Assembly (NCBI GenBank): GCA_018697035.1
Contig: JABHSE010000004.1
Location: 20,211-44,210 of the forward strand
Reading direction: 5' to 3'
From: an archaeon
Lineage (GTDB): Archaea; Nanobdellota; Nanobdellia; Pacearchaeales; GW2011-AR1
DNA length: 24,000 nt
The notes under the pieces were generated by a model, which ran no database searches, was not told where the DNA came from, and was given only the letters and a program-made list of their open reading frames with translations. A program made the position numbers and the translations under genes. This document shows positions 13,952 through 22,758 of this stretch, in pieces. The number at the start of each line of letters is the position of its first letter. The first letter of the stretch is position 1.

Positions 13952-15433
13952 CTACTCAGTCAGAACATCTTTCTTCTTTTCTTCTTCAAGTTCTTCCCTA
14001 TCCTCAGGAACCACATAATGCTCTACCTTCTCAACCAAATGTTCCAAGTTATGAACTTCTTTCAAGACACCCTGAGCCGGAGCAAACTCTCGAATCCAAA
14101 ACTGCGAAGAAAACTTCCTAACATTTCGAACCTCATGCAAAAGCCTCGATCCATAAATAGCAACCCCAATTCTACCAATACCTGAAACCGTAAAGATAAA
14201 CAACATAGAATTCATAAACGAAACATCCATCCAAGCGATTCCAGCTCCAACACAAGCACCAAGGAAACCACCAACACCAATCATAAGATTCATATAAGAC
14301 AAACCAAAACCTCGCTTCCGATTACTAACCGCATCATAAACATAATTATTCAAAGCCAAATTATAACCAGCCCAACCAAAACCACCAACAATCGACGGCA
14401 CAATCAATAAATAGATCTTCACCCACAAATCACTCCCAATCAAAACCGACGCAATCCAAAGAAAAGGAGTCATCCCCGCAAGCACCGAACAAGTTTGCAT
14501 CAACCTAACATTCCCAAACCTATCACTAAACTTACCAAGCAACGGCAAAAACACCAACTGAAAAACAACAGCCGAAACCGTAATAGCCATATACCAAATA
14601 TAAGACAAGCCCAAATCACGCAACATATAAACCGCCCAAAACGGAGTCGAAATTCCAACCACAAAAGTAAACGCCCCAGCAAACAAGCTAAACCGCCCAA
14701 ACGGAGTATCCCTACTAGTCCTCAAAAATTCAACAAAAGAAAAATGATCCTTCTTCCTAATTTTAATCTTCGGCTCATAAGTCTTACTAAGCAACCTCCA
14801 AGACCAAATCCTAAATACACCATTCAAAGCAAAAAGTAATCCAAAACCAAGCAATGTAAACCCGACGACATCACCATAAGAACCACCCAACTTCTTCAAG
14901 CCATCCAAGATCAGAGCACCTGCGATCATAGTCATAATACCAAAAAACCCAATAATACGATTCCGCTTAGAAAAATATCTTCCCCTCTCATTCTCTGGAA
15001 CTAATGACCCCATCCATGAAAACCAAGGAGGATGAGCAATGCCAAGAAAAACATAATGAAAACCAACAAGCACAATGAAGGCCCAAACCATATGAGCAAC
15101 ACCCATCCAATGCAAAAACCCAATCAATAAAAAAGGTAATACAACCAAAATCTTCCCCATCACTCCAGCCAAAACAATCCGCTTCCTCGAAAACCTCTCA
15201 ATCAAATCAGCCGCCTTCAATTGAACAAGACTCGGAAGCAAACTAATAATAGCATATAAAATTCCCATCTGAACAGCAGTCGCATTTAAAGCCAGAGCCG
15301 CAGGAGCAAAATACGACAAACTAAAATTAGAAGCAATAGAAGACACCGCACCCTCCCGAATACTAAGTTTCAAACTCCGCTTAATCTTCTTCTGCACAAT
15401 AGGATGATCGACCCTAACCTGTCCTCTTTTCAT
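13952..15433 (-). CDS. MFS-type transporter
   Basis: ORF trimmed to the ATG at 15433 (MKRGQVRV...). About 12 or more hydrophobic segments. LGKFSDRFGNVRL resembles the MFS G-x-x-x-D-R-x-G-R motif. Confidence 0.75.
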   Translation of the reverse strand: MKRGQVRVDHPIVQKKIKRSLKLSIREGAVSSIASNFSLSYFAPAALALNATAVQMGILYAIISLLPSLVQLKAADLIERFSRKRIVLAGVMGKILVVLPFLLIGFLHWMGVAHMVWAFIVLVGFHYVFLGIAHPPWFSWMGSLVPENERGRYFSKRNRIIGFFGIMTMIAGALILDGLKKLGGSYGDVVGFTLLGFGLLFALNGVFRIWSWRLLSKTYEPKIKIRKKDHFSFVEFLRTSRDTPFGRFSLFAGAFTFVVGISTPFWAVYMLRDLGLSYIWYMAITVSAVVFQLVFLPLLGKFSDRFGNVRLMQTCSVLAGMTPFLWIASVLIGSDLWVKIYLLIVPSIVGGFGWAGYNLALNNYVYDAVSNRKRGFGLSYMNLMIGVGGFLGACVGAGIAWMDVSFMNSMLFIFTVSGIGRIGVAIYGSRLLHEVRNVRKFSSQFWIREFAPAQGVLKEVHNLEHLVEKVEHYVVPEDREELEEEKKKDVLTE

Positions 15434-15469
15434 AATACATACTCGACAAAACAATATAAAAACTTAATC

Positions 15470-15479
15470 GTTTGCAAAC
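15470..15479. promoter_or_regulatory. 10-bp perfect palindrome GTTTGCAAAC between the divergent MFS and metG starts
   Basis: Read directly from the sequence. It abuts the metG TATA-like 'caaataaaaacc' box. Confidence 0.25.
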
Positions 15480-15509
15480 AAATAAAAACCTCTACCTAAT
15501 TATCAAACC

Positions 15510-17294
15510 ATGAAAGAAAATTTTTATATAACAACACCAATATACTACCCAAACGACGTCCCACACATAGGCCACGCCTACACAACAATCGCAGCCGACA
15601 TCATCGCAAGATGGAACAAGCTCCAAGACAAAGACGTATTCTTTCTAGTCGGAACCGACGACCATGGAAAAAAAATCGCAGATACAGCCCAAAAAGCAGG
15701 CAAGACACCAAAACAATTTACAGATGACATGATACCAGAATTCAAATCAGCATGGGAAAAGCTAAACATAAACTACGACAAATTCATCAGAACAACAGAT
15801 ACACATCACGAAAAGATAGTTCAGGAAGTTCTCCAAAAATGTTTCGACAACGGCGACATCTACAAAGGCGAATACGAAGGGTTATACTGCACAGGATGCG
15901 AAGCCTATTTCACGGAAAAAGATTTAGAAGATGGCTGCTGCCCAATCCACAAAAAACCAATCGAAAACCTAAAAGAAGAAACCTATTTCTTCAAACTTTC
16001 AAAATATCAAAAACCTCTCTTAAAATTCTACAAAGACAACCCAACTTTCCTCTCTCCAAAACACAGATCAAAAGAAATTATCAACAGAGTAAAAGAAGGT
16101 CTTCGAGATTTAAGCATATCAAGAAATTCATTCGACTGGGGAGTCCCACTTCCATTCGACAAATCCCACGTAGCATACGTATGGTTCGACGCACTCTTCA
16201 ACTACTACTCAGCAACAAGAGAAAAAGGGAAAGAAGGTTTCTGGCCAACCGACCTCCACATCGTAGGCAAAGATATCTATTGGTTCCACACGGTATACTG
16301 GCCAGCCTTCTTAATGTCCGCAGGAATAGAGTTACCAAAACAGGTATACGCACACGGCTGGTGGACACTAGATAAGGAAAAAATTTCGAAATCACGAGGC
16401 AGAGTAGTAAGTATAGATGAGCTAACAGAAATCGCAGGACTAGATTCAGCAAGATACTTCCTATTCAGAGAAGCCTCATTCGGAGAAGACGGAGACTTCA
16501 GCAAAGAAGCCCTAATCGATCGACACAACAACGAACTAGCAAACAAACTAGGCAACCTAATTTCAAGAACCTCAGCTCTGGCAGAAAAATACGGAATAGA
16601 AAAGGTAGAAAACGCATTACTAAAAAAATTAAAACTAAAGAAAATTGAAAAACACTTCGATAAATTTAGAATAGATAAAGCTCTAAGTGAAATCTTCACA
16701 TTCATCGACCATTGTAACGAATTCATCCAACACCAAAAACCATGGGAAACTCACGACAAGAAAGTATTATATCAATTAGTGGAATCCATCAGACAAATCG
16801 CAAAACTCCTAAGTCCCTTCATCCCAGACTCAGCAGAAAAAATACAAAAAATATTCAAAACAGACAAAATTAAGAAAGCACCAGTACTCTTCAATAAGAT
16901 AGAAGTCTCAAAACCAAACCTTAATAAGTCAGAAGAGCCAAGACAAATAATGGAAGGAATAACAACAATAAATTTCGAAGACTTCGCAAAACTAGACCTC
17001 CGAATCGCAGAAATCACAAACGCCGAAAATATAGAAGGCGCCGACAAACTTTACAAATTAACTCTAGATGTAGGAGAACTCGGGCGACGAACAATTTGCG
17101 CCGGAATAAAAGAATTCTACAAAGCAGAAGATCTCAAAGATAAAAAAATCATAATCATAGCAAACCTAGCTCCACGAAAACTCCGAGGAATAGAATCGCA
17201 AGGAATGCTATTAGCAGCATCAACCAAAGACAAAAAAACAGTCTCCCTAGTATCCCCAGACCAAGACATAGCCCCAGGAAGTACAGTTGGTTAA
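15510..17294 (+). CDS. metG: Methionyl-tRNA synthetase with a C-terminal tRNA-binding (Trbp111/EMAPII-like) domain
   Basis: HIGH motif PHIGHAYT, KMSKS motif KISKSRG, a Cys knuckle CTGCEAYF...CCPIH, and the C-terminal LDLRIAEITNAENIEGADKLYKLTLDVGE. Confidence 0.95.
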   Translation: MKENFYITTPIYYPNDVPHIGHAYTTIAADIIARWNKLQDKDVFFLVGTDDHGKKIADTAQKAGKTPKQFTDDMIPEFKSAWEKLNINYDKFIRTTDTHHEKIVQEVLQKCFDNGDIYKGEYEGLYCTGCEAYFTEKDLEDGCCPIHKKPIENLKEETYFFKLSKYQKPLLKFYKDNPTFLSPKHRSKEIINRVKEGLRDLSISRNSFDWGVPLPFDKSHVAYVWFDALFNYYSATREKGKEGFWPTDLHIVGKDIYWFHTVYWPAFLMSAGIELPKQVYAHGWWTLDKEKISKSRGRVVSIDELTEIAGLDSARYFLFREASFGEDGDFSKEALIDRHNNELANKLGNLISRTSALAEKYGIEKVENALLKKLKLKKIEKHFDKFRIDKALSEIFTFIDHCNEFIQHQKPWETHDKKVLYQLVESIRQIAKLLSPFIPDSAEKIQKIFKTDKIKKAPVLFNKIEVSKPNLNKSEEPRQIMEGITTINFEDFAKLDLRIAEITNAENIEGADKLYKLTLDVGELGRRTICAGIKEFYKAEDLKDKKIIIIANLAPRKLRGIESQGMLLAASTKDKKTVSLVSPDQDIAPGSTVG

Positions 17295-17334
17295 TCACAA
17301 CAATTCTTTTATATCAAATCAAACACCAAATCTG

Positions 17335-17850
17335 ATGACAACCCTAGGCCAACAAGTCAGAACCATAGTATCAAATCTACCAAGACAAGACAAATTATTT
17401 TTCGGTGGACCCCCACACGGTTCAGAAATCGACAGAGAAATAAAAAACTATAACACCTATTTAGAATCAGGATTACCATCACGTCAAAGAGTCTGCCTCG
17501 GAATTTGCGCATTCGACCAAAATGGCCAAGTGATAGGATACACCTCTTCAACAATCATGACAAACGCAAACCCAACAAAGTATGAAAGAGAAAGTATCAA
17601 ATCAACAACTCCATTGAATTACATCCAAGGAAAAAAAATAGTAGTAGCTCAAGCCTATTGGAGAAAAGGAGTCGCAGAAAAACTTTTCAAAGAAAGCCTA
17701 GGCCTAGCAAAAACCCACAACAAAAAATGGGTAACCGATATTAACGCAAAGAATATAGCAGTCCTAAAATTTCTAGAGAAACATGATATCCAAAAACAAT
17801 TCAGTTGGAACACACTCCGTGGAACCGAGATGTATAGAGTAGGAAATTAA
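17335..17850 (+). CDS. GNAT-family N-acetyltransferase-like protein
   Basis: The track ORF starts with TTG at 17287. I prefer the ATG at 17335, with a TATA-like 'cttttatatcaaat' box about 25 nt upstream. AQAYWRKGVAEKLFKESLGLAK resembles the GNAT motif A (R/Q-x-x-G-x-A). Confidence 0.6.
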   Translation: MTTLGQQVRTIVSNLPRQDKLFFGGPPHGSEIDREIKNYNTYLESGLPSRQRVCLGICAFDQNGQVIGYTSSTIMTNANPTKYERESIKSTTPLNYIQGKKIVVAQAYWRKGVAEKLFKESLGLAKTHNKKWVTDINAKNIAVLKFLEKHDIQKQFSWNTLRGTEMYRVGN

Positions 17851-17978
17851 GCCCGAGACCTTCTAATTAATCCCTTTAAACCAAAACATTTCCCCAGACA
17901 ACACAATATACCAGATCATTTTCATAAGGCATATTGCATCCCAACAAACATTAAAAACAAAAGTCTCATAAAACATAC

Positions 17979-18224
17979 ATGTCAAAAACAATCGAAGAAG
18001 AAGTATCATCTCTAAAATGTATGGATGGCAAAGTCCACATCGGAGACTACATGATAGAACTCCAAAGAGCTCCGACAGGAATAGACGAAGCGGAAGAGAG
18101 TGTAGTCTATTGGTGTACAGAGTGTGGCGCAGCAGCCATAGACCATGAAGTAGACAGAAGACGTTGCGGAAAACTAATGAAATTAACACCCTCGGAATTA
18201 TTTAATAAAGGATATAATAAATAA
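17979..18224 (+). CDS. Hypothetical small protein (81 aa, 4 Cys)
   Basis: ORF from the track. A TATA-like 'acattaaaaac' box lies about 28 nt upstream. The gene is convergent with the MinD-like gene. It has a single CTEC pair plus two distant Cys. No family recognised. Confidence 0.45.
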   Translation: MSKTIEEEVSSLKCMDGKVHIGDYMIELQRAPTGIDEAEESVVYWCTECGAAAIDHEVDRRRCGKLMKLTPSELFNKGYNK

Positions 18225-18236
18225 TTATTCAATATA

Positions 18237-18989
18237 TTACCGCCCAAAAATCCGACCCAAAAAACTTCTAACTTCCTCAACCTCATCCCCATTAACCTTC
18301 CTCGCAATCTCCAAATACTTCCTCGACACTCGGCTTCTAGGATGCGTATGAACAACAGCGTCCCTCATATTCAAAGCCTCCTTAACTGCCTTATCTTCAG
18401 GAATCACTCCAATAATCTGTGTCTCCAACATCGACCTAATCGAACTAAGCGGCATCTCATACTTAGCGTTCACATGCCGAGTCACAATAACACCATTAAC
18501 TTCCTTCCCCATCTCCCTAGCAACCTTAACAGCCTTCAAGGCATCAGTCACCGTCGGCATCTCAGGGTTAGTAACAATAACAACCTCATCAGCAACACCC
18601 AAAACGGCAATAACTTCCTCACCAAAACCAGCAGCAGAATCAATTATAACATAATCACAACTATCCCTCAGGCTCTCAATAATCTCCGGAATCTTCTTCG
18701 TATTAAACTTCGTCAACTCTTTAATCGACAGCGAGGACGGTATAATTTTAGTTCCAGAATGATGCTCATAAATAGCGTCCTCAATATCCGCCTTCCCTTT
18801 CAAAACATGATTCAGCGTCACCGGAACAATAGGAGCACCAAGTTGCAAACCAACATTCGGCGTATTCAAATTAGCATCAATAATAATAACTTCTTTCCCC
18901 AATCTATTTAGAGAAGTCCCTAAGTTAATCGCAGTAGTAGTCTTACCGACGCCACCTTTCCCCGAATTTATAACAATTACTCGTGCCAT
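18237..18989 (-). CDS. minD: MinD/ParA-family P-loop ATPase
   Basis: ORF trimmed to the ATG at 18989 (MARVIVINSGKGGVGKTTTAINL). Deviant Walker A KGGVGKTT and Walker B VIIDSAAG. Confidence 0.85.
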   Translation of the reverse strand: MARVIVINSGKGGVGKTTTAINLGTSLNRLGKEVIIIDANLNTPNVGLQLGAPIVPVTLNHVLKGKADIEDAIYEHHSGTKIIPSSLSIKELTKFNTKKIPEIIESLRDSCDYVIIDSAAGFGEEVIAVLGVADEVVIVTNPEMPTVTDALKAVKVAREMGKEVNGVIVTRHVNAKYEMPLSSIRSMLETQIIGVIPEDKAVKEALNMRDAVVHTHPRSRVSRKYLEIARKVNGDEVEEVRSFLGRIFGR

Positions 18990-19102
18990 TATTTTATTTC
19001 TATGTATCAAAGGTACTCTTCGAGCGCCATTTTGAACAAACGTATATCTATCAGAAAAAGTCACTTTATAAGTCTTATTCATAAACAAAAATACACACAA
19101 CC

Positions 19103-19546
19103 CTAAGCAATTATCTTCTTAACCTCGACACTAAATGCCTCAACAACATCATAATACTCACCCAATTTTTCCATATTAATATCAATAACCCTAGTAGGCG
19201 TCATCCTAACTTTCAAATTAACATTCTTTCTAAACTCCCCACTTCGAGTTTTCGATAAATCAGGAACACGCTTAAAGAAAATATACAACGGAATAACATC
19301 CTGGATAGCCTTATCCTTAGCAAAATATTTCTTCATAAATTCAATCCTTTGTATCGGCGTAGCGTGCATACACGGAATCTTCCCTTCCTCACATCGCTTC
19401 TCCAAAATCGCGTCAAAACTAATCTCAATTAAACTTTTCCAACGCGCCAACAGGTTCAAAATAACATCACATGTCTTCGTATATTTCAAACTAACATACA
19501 TAAGATGATCCGCGCTCGTCTTCTCCTTGATAATTTCTTCAATCAT
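19103..19546 (-). CDS. Hypothetical protein (147 aa), paralog-like to the upstream gene
   Basis: ORF trimmed to the ATG at 19546 (MIEEIIKEKTSADHLMYVSLKY...). Its layout is shared with the 19590-20003 product (N-terminal A-x-H/W-L helix, C-terminal EF-x-(R/K)N-x-x-L-x-V ... L-x-E). Confidence 0.55.
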   Translation of the reverse strand: MIEEIIKEKTSADHLMYVSLKYTKTCDVILNLLARWKSLIEISFDAILEKRCEEGKIPCMHATPIQRIEFMKKYFAKDKAIQDVIPLYIFFKRVPDLSKTRSGEFRKNVNLKVRMTPTRVIDINMEKLGEYYDVVEAFSVEVKKIIA

Positions 19547-19589
19547 TCTACTATCTCCCAATGCAAAAGAAACCACGATACTTATCCTT

Positions 19590-20003
19590 TTATACCTGTC
19601 GGAAATTCTCAACAACAGAACCAATATGACCAATAATCTCCCTCAATCTCGAAACTTCTAAGATTTTCCACTTTCCCCCAACCTCTAATAAAACCTTATC
19701 ATTCCTAACAAACTCAACCCTCGCCAGTTTTTGATCTCTTTCCAAATTCAAGATTCCAACAACCCCACAAATCTCTTCCTCACTCAAATATCTAGGCGCA
19801 ACATCAATCATAAAAGTCTGCAAGTTCCCCTTAGCCCCCTCTCGAATCAAAAACGCTCGAACCAGTTTCCCAGCCGATTTCGCCCCCTCTCGAATCACCC
19901 CAACCAAAACCCGCTTCTCCGCATACTCATCATAAACCCCAAGCATCCTCTTCGCAACATCCAAATGCCACCGCGCAGAATAAAACTCCTCTCTATAATC
20001 CAT
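19590..20003 (-). CDS. Hypothetical protein (137 aa) containing an in-frame 48-nt internal duplication
   Basis: The track start at 20018 is TTG. I prefer the ATG at 20003, with a TATA-like 'attaatataaag' box centred about 26 nt upstream. The 16-nt exact repeat gccccctctcgaatca at 19834 and 19882 encodes IREGAK twice. Confidence 0.55.
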   Translation of the reverse strand: MDYREEFYSARWHLDVAKRMLGVYDEYAEKRVLVGVIREGAKSAGKLVRAFLIREGAKGNLQTFMIDVAPRYLSEEEICGVVGILNLERDQKLARVEFVRNDKVLLEVGGKWKILEVSRLREIIGHIGSVVENFRQV

Positions 20004-20051
20004 CAAACGAAAACCCAAAATCTCTTTATATTAATTATGACACTCGACAAC

Positions 20052-20309
20052 CTATCGCTTTTTCTTCTTCTTCTCGACCTTCTCCATATCCACTATCAAT
20101 TTTTCATGCAACATTTCATTATTCTCATTTTCTAGAATACTCTTATCAACGGCAGAAGCAACCAGGACCGATAATGTAATTATTATAGCCCAAAGAAAAC
20201 TACCATCTAAAAATATAATCAATATCTTATAACCAACAACACCAAAAATAGCACCCCAAAAAATAGAAACTATTTTTCTAATCCAGTTTTTCATAGTAAA
20301 GTTCATCAT
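20052..20309 (-). CDS. Hypothetical membrane protein (85 aa, 2 TM, Lys-rich tail)
   Basis: ORF from the track with the ATG at 20309 and a TATA-like box about 27 nt upstream. Confidence 0.5.
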   Translation of the reverse strand: MMNFTMKNWIRKIVSIFWGAIFGVVGYKILIIFLDGSFLWAIIITLSVLVASAVDKSILENENNEMLHEKLIVDMEKVEKKKKKR

Positions 20310-20343
20310 TTTAATATATTCTTAATGAGATAATTATATTTAA

Positions 20344-20685
20344 CTAGTTTTTGTTTAAGGCATTCAATGAAACAATCGCCTCAGCAATATCTCCATCACT
20401 ATCCTCTAACGCAGCCCGAACTTCCGCCTCACTTTTCCCACTCTGCGAGGCAACCATCTCAACGTCATCATCACTAAAAACTTCAACCGATTCCTCAACA
20501 ATATCCCCAGTCACCTGAAAACTCTCCTGTCCCTGCATCTTAATCTGCATAACATTAGGATTCTCAACAACCAGATTACCATCCTCCATCTCAAAAACAA
20601 CCCTCTTCACCGGCAACTCAACCTGACTAATTCCCATCTTCTTCATCATCCCCTTCATTTGCGACGGATTAACACCACCAAACAT
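20344..20685 (-). CDS. nac: Nascent polypeptide-associated complex protein (archaeal NAC, alpha type)
   Basis: MFGGVNPSQMKGMMKKMGI...NPNVMQIKMQGQESFQVTG forms the NAC domain. The C-terminus SEAEVRAALEDSDGDIAEAIVSL is UBA-like. Confidence 0.9.
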   Translation of the reverse strand: MFGGVNPSQMKGMMKKMGISQVELPVKRVVFEMEDGNLVVENPNVMQIKMQGQESFQVTGDIVEESVEVFSDDDVEMVASQSGKSEAEVRAALEDSDGDIAEAIVSLNALNKN

Positions 20686-20849
20686 TATTCACGCACCTCA
20701 TATTTTCCTGTTTGTATATAAGCAATAATGTCTTTAAGTCCTTCCTTAAAAGGTCTTAGCTCATCATTAGCTTTTTTCAAATCAGAAATATCAGCAGATT
20801 CATCATGATACTGCCCCGGATATCTACTACCTTCATCCATCAAACTCAT
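20685..20849 (-). CDS. Small hypothetical ORF (54 aa) between the Sec61-beta and NAC genes
   Basis: Not in the ORF track. ATG at 20849, one nt after the Sec61-beta stop. Its TAA overlaps the NAC ATG (TAATG). Translation is MSLMDEGSRYPGQYHDESADISDLKKANDELRPFKEGLKDIIAYIQTGKYEVRE*. Confidence 0.35.
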   Translation of the reverse strand: MSLMDEGSRYPGQYHDESADISDLKKANDELRPFKEGLKDIIAYIQTGKYEVRE

Positions 20850-20850
20850 C

Positions 20851-21006
20851 TTAACCGTAAAACATTCTCAGACCCACAACCAAAACAATCGTAACAATAA
20901 TCATTCCAACAACAACCCCAGGTCCAAACTTTAATTTAGAATTATACTCCTCGTTATACCGCATTAACCCACCAAATCCACTCGGCATAGTCGCATTATC
21001 AGCCAT
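20851..21006 (-). CDS. secG: Preprotein translocase subunit Sec61-beta (archaeal SecG)
   Basis: Not in the ORF track (51 aa). Translation is MADNATMPSGFGGLMRYNEEYNSKLKFGPGVVVGMIIVTIVLVVGLRMFYG*. The G-L-M-R-Y motif followed by a C-terminal TM anchor is the Sec61-beta signature. Confidence 0.8.
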   Translation of the reverse strand: MADNATMPSGFGGLMRYNEEYNSKLKFGPGVVVGMIIVTIVLVVGLRMFYG

Positions 21007-21044
21007 AACAAATCAAGCAACAATCAATTTATAAAAGTTCCTAC

Positions 21045-22319
21045 CTACTTCTTCTCAATCCTCTTCATCCCACCCATATAAGGAATCAAAATCTCAGGAA
21101 TACTAATACTCCCATCCTCATTCTGAAAATTCTCTAAGAAACAACACATAGTCCTCTGCAAAGTTATCGCCGTCCCATTCAAAGTATAAACAAGCGCTCG
21201 TCCAGTTCCAGTATGATACTTAGTATCCATCTTCCGAGCCTGATAATCACTAGCATTACTCGTACTCCCAAGTTCTCTATACTTACCCTGCGCAGGAAAC
21301 CATCCCTCTAAATCATGCGTCTTCTTCATCGAACCACTAAACTCCCCCGCGCATAAAGCCACAACCCGATACGGAATCCCAAGCAACTTAAAAATCTCCT
21401 CCTGATTAGCAATAATCTCATCAAAAACCGCATCCGCATCTTTCGGCTCACAATAAACAAATTGCTCAATCTTCTCAAAACGATGCACCCGAAAAATCCC
21501 CTTCGTATCCTTCCCATGACTACCAGCCTCCTTCCTAAAACAACTACTCAACCCAGCATACCTAATAGGTTCCTTAACATTAATTACCTCGTCCTTATGA
21601 AGCGCCGCAAGCGCATGCTCACTCGTCCCAATCAAATACAAATCCTCTCCATCAATCTTATAAATACTCTCCTCAAAATCCTCCAAACTAACAGCCCCAC
21701 CAACAGCAGCCCGATTCAACATATAAGGAGTCTGAACAGGTAAAAATCCTTTCTTAATTAAAACATCCATAGCAAACCTCTGCAAAGCCTGATTCAACAA
21801 AACCAGATCACCCTTCAAATAATAAAACCTCGAACCAGCAACTTTAGCTCCACGCACACTATCAACCAAATCCAAATCCTCGACGATATCCTCATGTCCC
21901 TTCGGCTTAAAGCCAAAATCCCTAATCTCTCCCCACTTCCTCAATTCAAGATTATCCTTCTCATCTTTCCCATCTGGAACAGAGGCATCCATAATATTCG
22001 GCAAGCTCAATAAAATATCCTTTATTTCATCATATAATTTCTTGGCTTTTTCCTCAATCTTATCAATCTTCCCAGGAATCTCCTTAGCCTCTTTCAACTT
22101 CTTAACAACGTCCTTGCCAGCCTTCTTCAACTCACTAATTGCCTCACTAACTTCATTTCTTTCATGCTTCAAATCATCAACACTCTTCTTCTCTTTCCTC
22201 CATTCAACATCCAACTCCAAAACCCGATCAACAAGCGCCAACTTTCCCTCCTGAAACTTCTTCTTAATATTAGCCTTCACTAACTCAGGATCCTCTCGAA
22301 CCAATTTAATATCTATCAT
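21045..22319 (-). CDS. serS: Seryl-tRNA synthetase
   Basis: ORF trimmed to the ATG at 22319 (MIDIKLVREDPELVKANIKKK...). N-terminal coiled-coil arm and a class II core: GTSEHALAALH, SSCFRKEAGSHGKDTKGIFRVHRFEKIEQF, YTLNGTAITLQR. Confidence 0.95.
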   Translation of the reverse strand: MIDIKLVREDPELVKANIKKKFQEGKLALVDRVLELDVEWRKEKKSVDDLKHERNEVSEAISELKKAGKDVVKKLKEAKEIPGKIDKIEEKAKKLYDEIKDILLSLPNIMDASVPDGKDEKDNLELRKWGEIRDFGFKPKGHEDIVEDLDLVDSVRGAKVAGSRFYYLKGDLVLLNQALQRFAMDVLIKKGFLPVQTPYMLNRAAVGGAVSLEDFEESIYKIDGEDLYLIGTSEHALAALHKDEVINVKEPIRYAGLSSCFRKEAGSHGKDTKGIFRVHRFEKIEQFVYCEPKDADAVFDEIIANQEEIFKLLGIPYRVVALCAGEFSGSMKKTHDLEGWFPAQGKYRELGSTSNASDYQARKMDTKYHTGTGRALVYTLNGTAITLQRTMCCFLENFQNEDGSISIPEILIPYMGGMKRIEKK

Positions 22320-22462
22320 AAAAGAGAAAGCCCCAATCAATTATTTAAACTTTTCCGTAACCACTACCAAATGCCCTGTCACTAAAGCCGAATTCTGTAT
22401 CTACTCCCCATAGACGAAAATCCACAGCAAAACTTATAAGCAAAAAAACTCTAATATATACA

Positions 22463-22481
22463 TTGGAACATATAGTTCCAA
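22463..22481. promoter_or_regulatory. 7-bp inverted repeat TTGGAAC-atata-GTTCCAA between the TATA-like box and the ATG of the wHTH gene
   Basis: Read directly from the sequence. It lies 10 nt upstream of the ATG at 22491 and just downstream of 'ctaatatatac'. This is the position expected for an autorepressor operator. Confidence 0.5.
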
Positions 22482-22490
22482 ACAAATACA

Positions 22491-22757
22491 ATGGCAGAAA
22501 ATTTTGACCTATTCTTCAGAAGAAAACCAGCGATGATGTTAATCGCTCTAGGCAAAGTTTCCCGTGCCAAATACGGCTCACAACTAGCAAAAGAAGTCGA
22601 TTGCACATACTCTCACGCCGTTAAGATATTACAAACTCTAGAAGAATACGGGCTAGTAAGTTTCGAGAAAAAGGGCAGAATAAAAATAATCAAACTAACA
22701 AAAAAGGGAAAGGAAGTCTCAGAACATATAGCAGCAATTCGAAAAATAGTTTCTTAA
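22491..22757 (+). CDS. Small winged-helix transcriptional regulator
   Basis: 88 aa. SQLAKEVDCTYSHAVKILQTLEEYGLVSFEKKGRIKIIKLTKKG gives an HTH plus a beta-hairpin wing. Confidence 0.7.
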   Translation: MAENFDLFFRRKPAMMLIALGKVSRAKYGSQLAKEVDCTYSHAVKILQTLEEYGLVSFEKKGRIKIIKLTKKGKEVSEHIAAIRKIVS

Positions 22758-22758
22758 G

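Noticed and set aside
15752-16375. Long alternative-frame or antisense ORFs inside real genes (15752-16375, 3181-3684, 18342-18911, 8238-8582, 8793-9137, 11688-12101, 14495-14839 and similar)
   Set aside because: Their translations are low-complexity (Pro/Asn/Thr/Ile/Leu/Ser/Arg/Lys-rich) with no motifs. They overlap genes that have clear family signatures. The extreme plus-strand A/C richness depletes stop codons and generates such frames.
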